Of a stretch of DNA of 64,000 bases, positions 36,869 through 50,898 are shown in pieces. The stretch covers positions 24,235,821-24,299,820 of the forward strand of contig NC_092379.1 of assembly GCF_030028105.1 (NCBI RefSeq), written 5' to 3'. A program made the translations under genes and the position numbers. This stretch comes from Mobula birostris (taxonomy: Eukaryota). The notes under the pieces are model-generated. The model did no database searches. It had not been told where the DNA came from and saw only the letters and a program-made list of their open reading frames with translations. Each line of letters opens with the position of its first letter. Position 1 is the stretch's first letter.

Positions 36869-38418
36869 CAGTGCAATACAAAAGTTTGGGCACCCCTGCT
36901 CAAAATTTCAATTACTATGAATAGTTAAGCGAGTAGAAGATGAACTGATCTCCAAAAGTCATAAAGTTAAAGATGTAACATTATTTTCAATATTTTAAGT
37001 AAGATTAGTGTATTAGATTTATTTTCTACAATTTTAGAGTGAAAAATAGGACAGGAGTACCATGCAAAAATTTTGGCTCCCCAAGAGATTTGAGCCCTCA
37101 GATAACTTTTACCAAGCTCTCAGACCTTCATTAGCTTGTTAGGGCTATAACATGTTCACAATCATCGATAGGACAGGCCAGGTGATGCAAATTTGACAGC
37201 TTTATAAATACCCTGACTTCTCAACCCTTGCCCCAACAATCAGCAGCCATGGGCTTCTCTAAGCAGCTGCGTAGCACTGTGAAAAACACAGTAATTGATG
37301 CCCACAAAGCAGGAGAAGGCTGTAAGTAGATTACAAAGCTTTTTTTCAGGTAGCAGTTTCATCAGTTCGTAATGTAATTGAGAAATTGCAGTTAACAGGA
37401 ATGGTTGAGGTCAAGTTGAGGTCTGGAAGGCCAAGAAAACTTTCTCAGAGAACTGCTCTTAAGATTGTTAGAAAGGCAAATCAAAACTCCCGTTTGACTG
37501 CAAAAGTCCTTCAGCAAGATTTAGTGGACGCTAGAGTGGTAGTGCACTGTTCTACTGTGGAGCGACACCTGCACAAATATGACCTTCATAGAAGAGTCAA
37601 TGGAAGAAAACCTTTCCTGCATCCTCACTACAAAATTCAGCGTCAAAAGTTTGCAAAGGACCTCTAAGCAAGCCTGATACATTTTGGAAAGAACTCCTGT
37701 AGACTGATGAAGTTAAAATAGAACTTTTTGGCAGCAATGAGCAAAGGGATGTTTGGAGCAAACAGGGTTTAGAATTTCATGAAAGGAACAACTTTCCAAC
37801 TGTTAAGCACGGGGGTGGATCGATCATACTTTGCATTTCACTAGTAGAGGGAAGAAGGAATTCAATAAAATACCAGCAAATTCTAGAAGGAAACATCACA
37901 CCGTCTGTAAAAAAAAAGCCGAAAATGAACAGAGGATGACTTCTACAACAGGATAATGATCCTAAAAAACACCTCAAAATCCACAATGGACTACCTGAAG
38001 AGACGCAAGCTGAAGGTTTTGTCATGGCCCTTACTGTCTCACGAGCTAAACATGATCGAAAATCGGATAGACCTCAAAAAAGTAATGCATGCAAGATAGC
38101 CCAAGAATCTCACAGAACTGGAAGTCTTTTGCAAGGAAGTATGGACAAAAAATCCCCCAAACAAGAATTGAAAGATCTTATTTGGCTACAAAAAGTGTTT
38201 ACAAGCTGTGAGAGTTGCCAAAGGGGATGGAACAACGTACTGCCCATGAAGGGTGCCCAAACTTTTGCTTCAGACCTTTTTGCTTTCTGGCTATTTTGAA
38301 ACTGTAAAAGATGGAAAAAAAATAATAATCCTGCTTAAATTTTAAAGAAATGCGTCATCTTTAACTTTATGCACTTTGGAAATCAGGTCATCTTTTACTT
38401 GTTTAGCTATTCACAGTA
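36869..38418 (+). mobile_element. Tc1/mariner (IR/DR-type) transposon, transposase pseudogene about 37249-38235
   Basis: RSGRPRKLS..TA..IVR.A..N.RLTAK.LQ.DL...V..STV.RHL (Tc1 HTH). The left TIR is mirrored at 38325-38418; inner DRs at about 37061 and 38249. Confidence 0.85.
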
Positions 38419-38917
38419 GCAAACACGAAATAATTGACTACGTAAGTATTCACACCCTTCCGGTCACTGTATTGTAGATGCTACTTTGGCTGCAATTACA
38501 GCTTTGAGTCTGTGTTCATAGGATTCTATCAGCTTTGCAAAACTGGACACCGCAATTTTGCCCATTCTTCCTGACAAACCTGCGCAAGCTCTGTCAGATT
38601 AAATGGGGATATAGACTGCACAGCACGTTTCCAATTGAGTCACAAATTCTGAATAGGGATGATGTTTGGGCTCTGACTTGGCCACTCCAATACATTAACA
38701 TTGTTGATTTTTATGTGATTCCTTTGTACCTTTGGCTTTATTCTTAAGATCATTGTCATGCTGTAAAACAAATCTCCCAAGTCGCATTTCTCTTGCGTAA
38801 CAAATCAGGTAGTTCGTTCTATTTTACTCCACAAATTTTACGTGCAACCTAAACAAGACATGCAGGGCCTGCTGCAGTGAAGCATCCACAAAACATGATG
38901 AGCCAGTCCCATAATTC

Positions 38918-40374
38918 TGTCACAATCAGGTGCTGGGAACGGACCCAAATGCAAGACACAGACGCTGAAGTACAAGTCCAGGACTTGGCTAGAGTAGGGA
39001 CTTGACAGGATACAGACAAGGAGAAGGGACAAGAACGCAGACTAGGGCTTTGACCACAAGCCAGAGACTGGACAAGGACCCAGGACCTGGGTCTTGCCTC
39101 GGACTTGGGCTCCAGAACCAGGCATGGACAAGACATGACTGCAGGACTGGAGGCTGGGGTCTTGAGGCTTGAGGCTTGAAGATAAGCTTGTGGTCTTGAG
39201 GCTTGAAGCTTGGAGGCAGGCTTGGGGTCTTGATTTTAAGGCTTGAGATTGGAGACAGGCTGGTGTCTTGGTCTTGAGGCTTGAGCGTGGAGACAGGCTG
39301 GTGTCTTGGACTTGAGGCTTGAGCTTGGAGACAGGCTGCGGTCTTGGACGAGGCTTGAGCTTGGAGACAGGCTGGGGTCTTGGTCTTGAGGCCTGCACGC
39401 TGGGTTCTTGGTCATGAGTCCTGCAGGGTGGGGTCGTGGTCTTGAGGCTTGAGGTTGGGGTCTTGGTCTAGCGGCTTGAGGCTGGGGTCTTGGACTTCTA
39501 GCTTGAGGATGGGGTCTTGGTCTTCAGGCTTGAGTTTGGAGACAGGTTGAGGGGCCTTGAGGTTTGGGTCCAGGGTACTTCGAGACTTGTGTATGGACTC
39601 TGAGCCAGAGACTGGGCAAGAACCCAGAACCTGGGACTTGACTCGGGCTCGGACTCCAGAACTAGGCGAGGACAAGACGAGGCTACTGGAGTGGACATGG
39701 CTTGGGTGTGGAACTCCTGGGTAGGGCGAGGCAAAAGGACTGGTAAAGGCGCATGGACAGGACTCGGATAAGACTTGGACTAGGTACGGACAGGACGAGG
39801 GCCTTCAGGAGTACGAAGCCTTGGAATAGAAGAGACAGGAGCACGGAACACAGAGTCTGGACCCCTCCTTGGGAACAGGACGTAGGGCCGGGACTCATAC
39901 ACAGAACACTGAACATGAAAAGACGGATCCCAACCCAAGATGGAGGGAAAAGGCCGGACCCACCTAGTGAAAGCGTGGACACAGAGACAGATCCCAACAC
40001 TAGATAGCGGCAAACGGTCGGACCTATCTAGCGAAGGCGTGGATACAGAGAGACAATTCCACACAACGAAAGACAGTTCCGTCTCTTGACCTTACAAGGC
40101 TCCGGTCTTGCTCCCGCGGTAAACTTCAGCGATACAGGCGGGGTATCCAGGGTAGATGAGCAAGCAGAGAGTCGGGTGAGGGGAGAAAGGACAGGGAGGG
40201 GAAAAGGACAGTCCAGCAGGGAATCCCTGTTTTGCAGAGATATGTATCTCTCAGCACCAAAAGGATAAACAATCGCCCACAACAGAAACTGGCGAAATCC
40301 AGAAACCCCGGAACAAGAGACCAAGGACCGGACCGTGAAGCCCCAACACGGAATTCACGGACCGGACTATGACA
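38918..40374. mobile_element. Solo-LTR-like insertion with internal degenerate tandem repeats
   Basis: TGTCACA...TGACA termini; arrays of ggagacaggctggggtcttggtcttgaggcttgagctt; splits the outer Tc1. TSD not clearly preserved. Confidence 0.5.
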
Positions 40375-41529
40375 TCTTCATTGTAGTGCTGATGTGTTTT
40401 AAGTGATGTACGATATTTGGCTTACGATTAAGCATAGCGTTTCGAATGATGATCATAAAGCCCAATTATGGTTTTATCAGACCATAGAAAACTCTTTCTG
40501 CTGCCTCCAGAGTATGCCTCATGCGTTCTGACAAATTCTAGTCAAGATTGCTTTCGATTCTTTGTTTATAATAGTGGCTTTCCATTTGCCATTCTCCCGT
40601 AAAGGTGAGGCTGGTCAAGCATCCAAGTAACAGTTCTTGTTTGTGCAGTCTCCCCATCTCAGCCATTGAAGCTTGTCACTCCTCCAAATTTGCCATAGGT
40701 CTCTTGGTGCCAACACTCACTCGTTCTCCTTCGTACACGGACTTTGCGGACGTCCTGATCTAGGCAGATTTACAACTTTGCAATATTCTTTCTATCTCTT
40801 GATAATTAACTTATTTCATGGACTTGGAAATTTTCTGGTATCTATCTGCTGAATTGTGGTTTTCAATAACCTTTTCGTGAAGTTACTTACAGTGGTCTTT
40901 TGTGCATGGTGTACTTTGTGCCAGGATACTAACTCACCAGAGTTGGACCTTCAAATACCGGTGCATAATGGCATGCAAATGTTTGGGCATCCCTTGTCAA
41001 AACTTTTGTTACGGTGTTAAAAGATGACCTGATTTCCAAAAGGCATAACGTTCTTGAACAGGCCCCCATGCGGGACCTTGTCAAATGCCTGACTAAAGTC
41101 CTTGTAGATAACATAATACGCCTTGCCTTCATCTACTTACCTGGTAACATCTTCGAAAAGCTCCATAAGATTGGTTGGACATAATCTACAACGCACACGA
41201 TTAGCTGACCGTTGTTGATCAATCGATGTCTATCAAATTATTTACTACTCTGATCCCTTGACATACCTTCCAGTAACTTTTCCACAAATGATATTAGACT
41301 CACTGGGCTATAACTTCGGAGACTTCGGAAACGGCAGAACAATATTATTTACCCTCCAATCCTCTGGTACCCCGCCCCCCTAGTCGCTAAAAAATATTAT
41401 AATACCTCTACAAGGGTCCCGGCAGTTTTTACGCTTGACATCCATAGGCTACGAGGGAGCATCTTGCCAGGCCTTGGGGATCTATGGACCCTAACATGCC
41501 TCAGGATTGCAATAACTTCTACCTCTGTA

Positions 41530-44070
41530 ATCTACAAAGGTTCATGGCCTTTATGGGTTGAGCTAAGAAATCGCAGAAGTAAAAGTACCCTGATGGCAGT
41601 TATATACAGGACTCCAAACAGCTGCAGTGATGTGGATTACAAATTACAACAGATAATAGAAAATCCTGTCAGAAATTCAGTATTATGATAATTTTGGGGG
41701 ATTATAACATGCGAGTAGATTGGGAAAATCAGATAGGCACTGGATCTCAAGAGAGAATTTGTAGAATATCTGCAAGATGGCTTTTTAGAGCAGCTTGCTT
41801 TATACCCCACTAGGGGATCGGCTATACTGGATTGGGTATTGTGTAATGAGCCGGAGGTGACTAGGAAGACTGAGGTGAAGGAACCCTTAGGAGGCAGTGA
41901 TCATAATATGATTGAGTTCACTGTGAAAGTCGAAAAAGAAAGGCCGAAATCCGATGTGTCGGTATTTCAGTGGAGTAAAGGAAATTATAGTGGCATGAGA
42001 GAGGAACTGGGCAAAGATGACTGGAAAGGGACACTGGCGGGAAGGACGGCAGAGCAGCAGTGGCTGGAGTTTATGCGAGAAGTGTGGAAGGTGCAAAACA
42101 GATACATTCCAAAAAAGAAGACATTTTCGAATGGAAAACGGATGCAACCGTGGCAGACAAGAGAAGTGGAAGCCAGAGTTAAAGCAAAGTAGAGGGCATA
42201 CAAGGAAGCAAAAATTAGTGGGAAGACAGAAGATTGGGAAGTTTTTAAAAGCTTAAAAAAAGGAAACTAAGAAGGTCATTAAGAGGGAAAAGATGAACTA
42301 TGAAAGTAAGCTAGCAAATAATATCAAAGAGGATACTAAAAAGCTTTTTCGAGTATATGAAGAGTAAAAGACAGGTGAGAGCAGGTATAGGACCGATAGA
42401 AAATGATGCTGGAGAAATTCTAATAGGATATAAGGAGATGGTGGAGGAACTGGACGAGTATTTTTCATCAGTCTTCACTGAGGAAGACATCAATAGTATA
42501 CCGGACACTCAAGGGTGTCAGGGAGGAGAAGTGTGCGCAGTCACAATTACGACAGAGAAAGTACTCAGGAAGCTGTATAGTCTAAAGGTAGATACATCTC
42601 CCGCACTAGATGGAACGCACCCTCGTGTTCTGAAGGAAGTAGCTGCAGAGATTGCGGAGGCATTAGCGATGATCTTTCAAAAGCCGATAGATTCTGGTAT
42701 GGTTCCAGAGGACTGGAAGAAGCAAATGCCATGCCGCTATTGAAGAAGGGGGCAAGGAAGTAAAAAGAAATTTATAGACCTGTTAGCTTGACACCGGTAG
42801 TTGGGAAGTTGTTGGAATCCATAGCCCTGCCTCAAAAACCTATTACAATTTTTTGAGAAAATTACAAGTAGGCTAGACAAGGGAGATGCAGTGGATGCTG
42901 TATATTGGATTTTCAGAAGGCCTTTGACAAGGCGCCACATATGAGGCTGCCTAACAAGATCAGAGCGCATGGAATTACGGGGAAGTTGCATACGTGGATA
43001 GGATGTTGGCTAATTGGCAGGAACAGAGAGTGGGAATAAAGGGATCCTATTCTGATTGGCTGCTGGTTACCAGGGGTGTTCCACAGTTGTCTGTGTTGAG
43101 GTCTCTTCTTTTTACTTTGTACATCAACAATTTGGATTATAAAATAGATACAAAGATAGGAGGAGGGGCCGGTAGTGCTGTGGAAACAGAGAGACTGCAG
43201 AGAGACTTGGATAGATTGGAAGAGTGGGCAAATAAGTGGCAAATGAAATGCAATGCTGGAAAGTGTATGGTTATGCACTTTGGCAGAAGAAATAAAAGGG
43301 CAGAATATTATTTAAATGGGGAGATAATTGAATGTTCTGAGATGCAATGGGACCTGCGGGACGTCGTGCAGTCTACCTTTAAGGTGAACCTCCAGGTTGA
43401 GTCAATGGTGAAGAAGGCGAATATAATGTTGGCATTCATTTCTAGGAGAATACAGTATAGGAACAGGGATGTGATGTTGAGGCTCTTTAAGGAGCTGGTT
43501 GAAACCTCACTTGGAGTACTGTGGGTAGCTTTGGTCTCCTTATTTAAGAAAGGATGTGCTGAAGTTGGAGAAGGTACAGAGAAGATTCACTAGAATGATT
43601 CCAGGAATGAGAGAGTTAACATACGAGGAACGTTTGTCCGCTCTTGGACTGTATTCCTTGGAGTTGAGAAGAATGAGGGGGGACTTCATAGAAACAATTC
43701 GAATGTTAAGAGGCATGGACAGAGAGGATATGGCAAAGTTGTTTCCCATGATTGGGGAGACTAGTACGGGATGGATGACTGAAGCATTGAAGGGCGTCCA
43801 TTCGGAACAGAGTGCAAAGACGTTTTTTTTTTTAGCCAGAGGGTGGTGAATCTATGGAAATTGTTGCCACGGGCGGCAGGGGAGGCAAATTCATTGGGCA
43901 TATTTAAGGCAGAGATTGATAGGTATCTGAGGAGCCAGGTTATAGTGAGAAGGTGGTGGAGTGGGACTAAATGGGAGAATGGATCAACTCATGGTAAAAT
44001 GGTGAAGCAGACTCTATCGGACGAATGGCCGACTTCTGCTCCAGGTTTTATGGTCTCATGGTCCTATGAA
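41530..44070 (+). mobile_element. 5'-truncated CR1 LINE (endonuclease end to 3' UTR), degenerate ORF2
   Basis: LWVELRN...VIYRTPNS; EPLGGSDHNMIEF; YFSSVFTEED; HPRVLKE; LGLYSLELRRMRGD; tail gtctcatggtcctatg. Confidence 0.9.
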
Positions 44071-47000
44071 TTTGATGCCTCAGTGCTTCACTTCTACTGT
44101 CCCTGACATGTCTTCTGTGTAAATCCAGATGCGAAGCATTCATTTAGGCACTATGCTATATGGTTTGACTCCACACAAGTGAATTATCCTTCTGGTGTTA
44201 AAGGAAGACTGATTTTGCTCTTCACATATCTGTAGAATCCCCTATGATTTTTCTTCACTCAGTTTTCCAGAGCTCTTTCGCGCCTTCTTTCCGACTTCTG
44301 ATTTATTTTTGAATTGTTCCCTTGTATTTCATATACTCTATAAACACCCCATTTGATCCTATTAGCCTATAACTGTTGTGCATTTCCGTTTCTCTCTTAG
44401 CTAGTGCCTCATTAACTCTTTCGCACCAAGGTTCCCTGCACTTGTAATCTTTACCTTTTATTCTCACAGGGAGACACAAACTTCGCACTCTCAAAATTTC
44501 GTTTCTCAAGCCCTCCCACTGATTAATTACAGCATTTCATGAAAAAAAAAAAATGCCTGTCCCAACCTCTCATTTCCCAGACCATTTCTGGTACCCGCAG
44601 AACTGAATTTCTCCAATTCTCAACCGGCGGACCAGACCTATCTATTTTCATGTATAGTTAGAAACGAATGGTATTGTGGTCAGTGGAGCAAACTGTTACC
44701 CACACTAATTCTGTCACGTACTGAATCTACTTACTGATGAAGGGAAGTTACCTGAACAAATTTGGAAGAGATGATCACATCTAACCCTTTTATAGAATGA
44801 GATTCCCAAACAATATCTGGAAAGTTAAAAACCACTTACTATAAACAACGGAAATTTCTTATACGTCTGCGACCTATCGCGACGATATTATGTCCACCTT
44901 CAGTTCAGGTGCAAGAAGTCCCTTCTGTGCATGTCCTCCATTCATAGGAAACGAGCTAAGAAACCGAAAATTCTTATGTCCACCCTCCTATACCAACCCG
45001 TTAATGACGTTGAAAATGTATAATCTTCCTATATTTGGACTTAGCTGCGTGTGGCATGGGTAGAAATCCTCAGATCACAAATCTGAATATCTTGCCCTTT
45101 AACGTAGCACCCAACTCTTTGAAATCCCTGTGCAGAACCTCGTCACTCGTTCTACACATGTCATTGGTAACTAAGTGGACCATGAACCCTGGCTGTTCAC
45201 GCCTCGACTGAAGAACACTCAGGGCTCGATCGAAGATATCCCGGCCCTGCTACCAGGGAGGCAACATACCATCCGGGAATTTCGTTATCGCCAACAGAAC
45301 CGCATTTCCGTTCCCGTAACTAACGAATCCCCTATTATCACAGCACGCCTCTTCTCTCCCCTTCGCTCCCGTGGCACAGAGCCAGTCTCGCTCCTGGAGA
45401 ACCAGCAACTCTCAGTATATCATCAATCATTTGACCTGTTTGGGATGGGTGCCACTACTAAGAGCCAAACCACAATGTCGTTACTTCAGCCAATATAGAT
45501 CTCCGGATCATTGACGCAGGCAACCCTCCAAACCCTACCACAAGTTTGTCTTCCTTTTGGACGAAGAATAACGTTCAACACTTGATTCATGAAATGTTGC
45601 GGTTGATGCTTCAGCTGGACATAAAAAGTTTGAAAAGCAGTTTCCAGGTCAAGAAAGCATTGTGTGTGCTTTACAACGAACCGAGTACTTACGATCTTAG
45701 TACAAGAATATATAATTTGTCCCAATAACCCGCAAATTAATTCCTATTTTTAGTGGGCGTGGGTATTCATGATGACTATCGCTGACAACTTGCCAACATT
45801 ATTACCCCAATAAACGTACAATGGCGGGGAGATGATCAGTGATACGACACGTCAGGTTGAAATCTTTCAGCGTGTAGAGGATACCGTGCAAGAGAATCAG
45901 AGAATTGTGCAGCACAGAAACCGAATTTTTCGGCAGTGAAAGATGGCCATACACTTTATGACATTTCTCTCTATTTGACACTATCACTCTCTGCCTTTTC
46001 TCTTCTATCACCTACACGAATGTTAATTGAACATAATATTCTACCAGCTGCACCACCTTTTCCGGAAACCATGTGCAGAAAACCGCAGCCCAGTGTGAGG
46101 GATAATATAACTTATATTTTGTTTAATCACTCCCTAAGAACCATGCATTTTTGCCACTGGTTCTTACGTTCCAAGCAAAGGGAAAAAGGCTGGAGCTCTA
46201 ACTATACAGCTCAGAAATGTGCAAACTTTTCCAACGTTAGAGTTTGCCTTCATTGTTACAGTGAAAATAAATACAGTATATTTAACAACTCCATGTAACT
46301 AAAGCCACCCACTTTAGGAAACAGGTGAAACCTGTTCTCCATTCCATGCAACGTTAGGATTTTGTACCAGCCATTTGATATCTCTGGATCCATGATAACT
46401 GTACACTCGTGGTTGATCGTCGTAACTCGAACTTCTGAATAACTCCCTGTAAGTACAAACACATCCAAATATCAGCTGTTTGTGTCATGCTTTCGTGACA
46501 CAACATGTAATTCTCAACATTGGTACCAATAAAGCGACAACGAAATGGTTTTATTAGCATCATGCTATCTGCACACTCTTGTGATTTTGAAAACTTACAC
46601 CATTTGACCACCAAAGCATGGCCATTGATTCCATCCATTCTGACCTGCTGTGCGCCCGCTTGAATTGGTTGCGCTATTGAACATGTTGATTTCGGCACGG
46701 AAGGATATAAAAATGGAAAAATAGCTCTTGAACATGCGCGCTTCCTCGGGGACAATCGTTTTATTCCGCGTATAGGTTGACATTCGTTCGTATGTTAGGA
46801 AATGTACCATTTCCCCAAGTACAAAATAAGAAGACGTTGAATCTGCGAATTCTTGCCAGCCATCAGTTCCTCTCTTCTGTGATCTTATTATATTCTCCAC
46901 ACAATCCCTTCAAATTATTATAAATGTTAACGCCCACATTGGTAATTAAAAACGATCAATTAAACTACTTTCTGGAAGAAAATAGTATATTGAGGAGCAC

Positions 47001-49485
47001 CAGGTCACCCGCCGGTACCCCAGGAGTTTTCCAACCGAACTGGGAAAACTGTAAAGACAGACAACACCCGAGGTAATCAACGAAATCTGCTTGTTAGAGC
47101 TCTGGGATAACCATGTTACAAGCTACACTATTCGGCAGTCTAATTAATTTTATTCTCGAGATAAGTACTCACAGGATCAGGGAAAATTTATAGCACTGAT
47201 CGAATCCAATTGCCTGAACAGGTACCGATATAAGAAAGATGTATCTTTCCCCACTGATGGATATAGTCCTTATGGAGTGTACCCCATTAGGATTGATCAG
47301 TTAGGATTTATGTAGTGGAGGACGTGCCTTTCAAAAGAGAATATGTTTTAGAATTATGGCATAGATCTGTGGTGTGAGTGTACTATAATAAATCCGACAA
47401 TATCATTGTCGGGAGACTGACCCATAAGATCCATTGAAAACTGATAGTTTGGATTTAAAGATGGCTTGAGTACGGAAGGAAGAGTGTAGTGATTAGAATT
47501 GCAAAGGACACAAGTATTGCGGTGTTTTGAATAACGAAGGGGGTGTCAAATGGACTCAACTGGACGTAGACCACTTGGGCCGAGAACCTAGAGACGATAT
47601 TTTAATCGGAACAAGCGAGGGGCTTTGCGCTTGTGACGGCAAATGCAAGACTGAAGTCTATCATAAGGGTCAGCCACATTCGCACCGTTGAGGTGCTGAG
47701 TGTCTGTCCCTGGCTATCTTCATTATTGCATCCCAGGTGTGGTCCGAGACCAGATTTCTGCCTCATATCTGAGGACAGCTAGGCCAGACATGTTCCCCTC
47801 TTAGTCTTGATCATGGCGCTGTTCATGGCTCACTTCATGGTGCCCACAGCTTTCTCTCGATTCTCAATATTATCAGACATTCAAATCCTAGGGCGAGGCT
47901 CCGAAATCCCATCGCAAACAGATATACAGTTCAATGACTCCTGATTGCTGTTTCCCTTTTTTTGATCAGACAGGGATCTTAGCCCTACGCAGAACCCCCG
48001 AGGCTAGAGGACTATTCTTAACCTGGCCTCTTTCGTTTGAACTCTCTGGAATGTTTGATCCTACTAAGAATCAGAACACAATGTCCTGACTCTACCCATC
48101 ATCGGTCTCCGAGAGATTAGAACACGGAAGCCTCCAAACTGTACGGCAAATTGTTGTCCTTTTGGAGGAACCAAATCATGTTTTCCATTTTGCTTCCTGC
48201 ATGGTGGAGTTGGTGTGCCAGGTCGGTATAAATGGTTTGGAATGTTCTCCAGTATCTCTCTAATTATTGATTCCTCAACCAGTACCACAGAATGCCTAAT
48301 CTATTTATACGTCATTGCTGTATCAGAAAGGTTTCTTTATGCAATTAAGGCGCAGTTTACCTGCATGACAACAGTGAGTAAACTTCATAAAGTTCTACAT
48401 TTTTTGCAGAAACCGCTCTGGTTTGTCCTAAAGGCATGAACGTGCCGGCTGACTGACTGTAAATCACTTTCTGAGAGGAGAGATTTGGTTTGATTAGTAA
48501 TTCGGTCAAAGCAGCTTTTATTTGCGGGAGGATACAATATTTAGTGCACGCAGTAATGCCATCGTTAGGGTGGCAAAACACAATCCCCCACTCTACTGAA
48601 CTGCGCATTGGATGCCCACCACCGTGAGTTTGCTTTCAATATCGACCGGTTGTCTCCCAACTTAACTGGGGCAAAATTTTCTTCCAGGAACAACGGCTTT
48701 TCCTGCTTTTTGGTTTCAGCTCCTTAGCTCCATGCATCAGCCGCCCTGCTCCTTTCACCGTTCGCAGTAGGTCAAAGAGTTATCTAATCTTGGGTTGAGT
48801 AGATGTGCCCAGGGTTTGGCGTTAAATTGATCTGTTATGTCTCTTATCAAGAACATATCCCATCAATATATATTCCACCCATTCCACCCTGGGGTTTGAG
48901 TTTAATATTGATTCTCCTGGGATGGGTACAGACAGAGGTTTGTGTAGTCATTCTTTTTGTTGCTTAGTGCGTTTTCCTATAGAGACCGGTGTCCCTCAAA
49001 CGCTTCCCTCGGGGGTATATTTTGTCATTGCCTTGTTTTTTCTTGGTCCCTGTCTCTCTGCCGGATGCTTGGCCACAAATTAGAGTGCTTCTGTTGTCGA
49101 CTCTCAGTAGATATCTGTCCACTGACTGGTGTCGTTCTGCCCCTGTCTCACAGGGTGATATTTGTCCACTGACAGTTTTCTCCAATTTCCTCTCTCAAAG
49201 GATGACATTTGTCTACTGACTGATGGTCTTTCAGTTCCTGTGTCTCACGGGAATACCTGTACACATACTAGTCCCGGTCATTCGCTCCTCCTGGGATTCA
49301 CTGTGTTTTCGTTTACACGTACTGTTGCACGCTGGAATTGATGAATTGGATAGAGCGCGAAAGATATTCATTTTGGATCTGGTCTTTACCGCTGACCTGC
49401 CTCCTGTATAGACACGAGCAGCGTCTGGGGATTTGAACTCACTGCTGGGGATGGGAACAGGAAGCTATGCCTCTGGTTTTAGTGT

Positions 49486-49507
49486 GTGAGAGCCTGTTCA
49501 AGCTGCG
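49486..49507 (+). promoter_or_regulatory. Conserved 22-nt V-promoter motif (V-C)
   Basis: GTGAGAGCCTGTTCAAGCTGCG, 123 nt before the ATG at 49630. Confidence 0.55.
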
Positions 49508-49629
49508 ATGTCCTCATTCACTCAGAGCCTGTGTCTCTTTTGAAACAGCGTTCACTGCGTCTCCCGACAAAGTCGGCCTGAACTGAAGCGCCAATCTCAA
49601 AGGTGTCAAGCTTGTCAGTGCTCAGAGAG

Positions 49630-50467
49630 ATGAATGCTATTTCCTATCTCTGCCTAATCCTGTCTTGCATGGCAGGTAGGTACAACGCGGTTTGTCGCCC
49701 ATCCGGTGTCACGGTCCTGATCGGTTATTCCCTGTGTCCCTGTAAATTTACTTTGTGGCACGATAAGAACCGTTCACTCCATGTTTTCCTTAATTCATTG
49801 TTTCCCCGTGTTTCTTGGGCTCTGTAATTAACGACACTTGCGTCTCAGCTGAACGAACAGCATTTAGTCTCGGGCTTACAGCTACTCGGGGCTAGATCGT
49901 CATCGGACGTCACCGAAGCAAATACGAGCAAGTCACCCTGCCGGAATGAGCCAAGTTACAATGCCGGAGCTAATCAAGTCCTTTCCCCGATGAGATTAGA
50001 GTTCGGATTTCGGAGTTCGGTGTTCGGAGTTCGGAGTTCCGCTTATTCACGCTTCTGCTTTGCACACTCCTGGATTTCCCTCTGAACAATATTTTTTTTT
50101 CTCTGCTTTGTTACCTAATGTCCATGGAACATTTTATTAATCTCTGCTCTTTTTTGTTTTATTTACAGGCCTGCGATCCGACATTGTGCTGACAAAGCCC
50201 GAGTCAGCAGTCGTAAATCGCAGACAGTTTCACAGACTTGCGTGTGCATTCAGTGGGTTCAGCCTCAGCAGCTATGATATGCATTGGATGAAACAGGTCT
50301 CCGGGAAAGGGCTGGACTAGGTGGCGGTTTAATGGGTTAGCGTTTGCAAGACGTACGTGCCCGGAGTCGAAGACCGATTTAAGGTTTCCATGGACAGCAG
50401 CTGCATTTTATCTACAATTGAACAACCTGTGTCTGGACGATGCTGCCACCTATCATTGTGCAAGAGA
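49630..50467 (+). pseudogene. IgH (IgW-like) V pseudogene V-C; leader 49630-49675, V exon 50169-50467
   Basis: MNAISYLCLILSCMA|G-LRS-DIVLTKPES...LACAFSGFSLSSYDMHWMKQVSGKGLD*; stops at 50318 and 50330; frameshift near 50400, then FYLQLNNL.LDDAATYHCAR. Confidence 0.92.
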
Positions 50468-50506
50468 CATAGTGAGAGAGGTCACGACTGGTCCGGAACA
50501 AAAAAA
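50468..50506 (+). other. 23-RSS of V-C (heptamer damaged)
   Basis: CATAGTG + 23 nt + ACAAAAAAA. Confidence 0.85.
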
Positions 50507-50881
50507 AAAACAGCGACAGCGCCACCCATCAGGGCAGTGATGGCCAAAACTGTATTCCAGAGTTTCTGGGCACGTTCAGTCGTCCATGCAATGGAAAGCG
50601 GATTGTCAACGGGAAATCCTGAGAAGGGATGATGTTTAGATGTACAGAGCAGATCGTCAGATCACGTCGGATAGTAGCTTCGAGCCAAGCGCCGTGAATG
50701 GAAGTTGTGTCACTGGTCTAACTGGTCAATGTGTGGGATTTGGTTTACACCCGAGAGTAAATGATCAGGGTATGAGAAGCATTGATGATCATGGATAATT
50801 TAGTCCTCTAGTTTCGTTTGACTGCTGTGCTGGGAGAGATTGAGAGAGGCATTGGTTTTCGTATGTCGGTACATCACAGTC

Positions 50882-50898
50882 GCTACTATACTGGGTGG
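50882..50898 (+). pseudogene. IgH-type D1 remnant (GCTACTATACTGGGTGG)
   Basis: GGTTTTCGT (50854-50862) + 12 nt + CACAGTC on the 5' side; CACTGTG (50899-50905) with a degenerate nonamer on the 3' side; about 350 nt from the V RSS. Resembles elasmobranch IgH D1 cores as recalled (GGTACTACAGTGGGT). Confidence 0.6.

Larger units (their letters stand above)
36719..40960 (-). mobile_element. Degenerate outer Tc1-like element interrupted by two insertions
   Basis: Tc1-type terminus tacagtgcctataaaa at 36719; antisense transposase-like tracts at 38430-38915 and 40375-40900 continue across the 38918-40374 insert. Confidence 0.5.

Noticed and set aside
39000-39800. CRISPR-like or coding tandem repeats (PRPQPVSKLK ORFs)
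   Set aside because: Vertebrate context; the repeats are degenerate and lack unique spacers, and the ORFs are by-products of the repeat.
45936-46298. 120-aa ORF with vague Ig-C-like spacing (ITYI..LIT..PKN, HWF, FSNVRV)
   Set aside because: The canonical Cys residues are not in frame and no convincing splice sites were found; not supportable as a constant exon.
46256-46468. Minus-strand acceptor followed by TINHECTV...GWYK, superficially V-like
   Set aside because: No YYC, no RSS, and the frame closes early.
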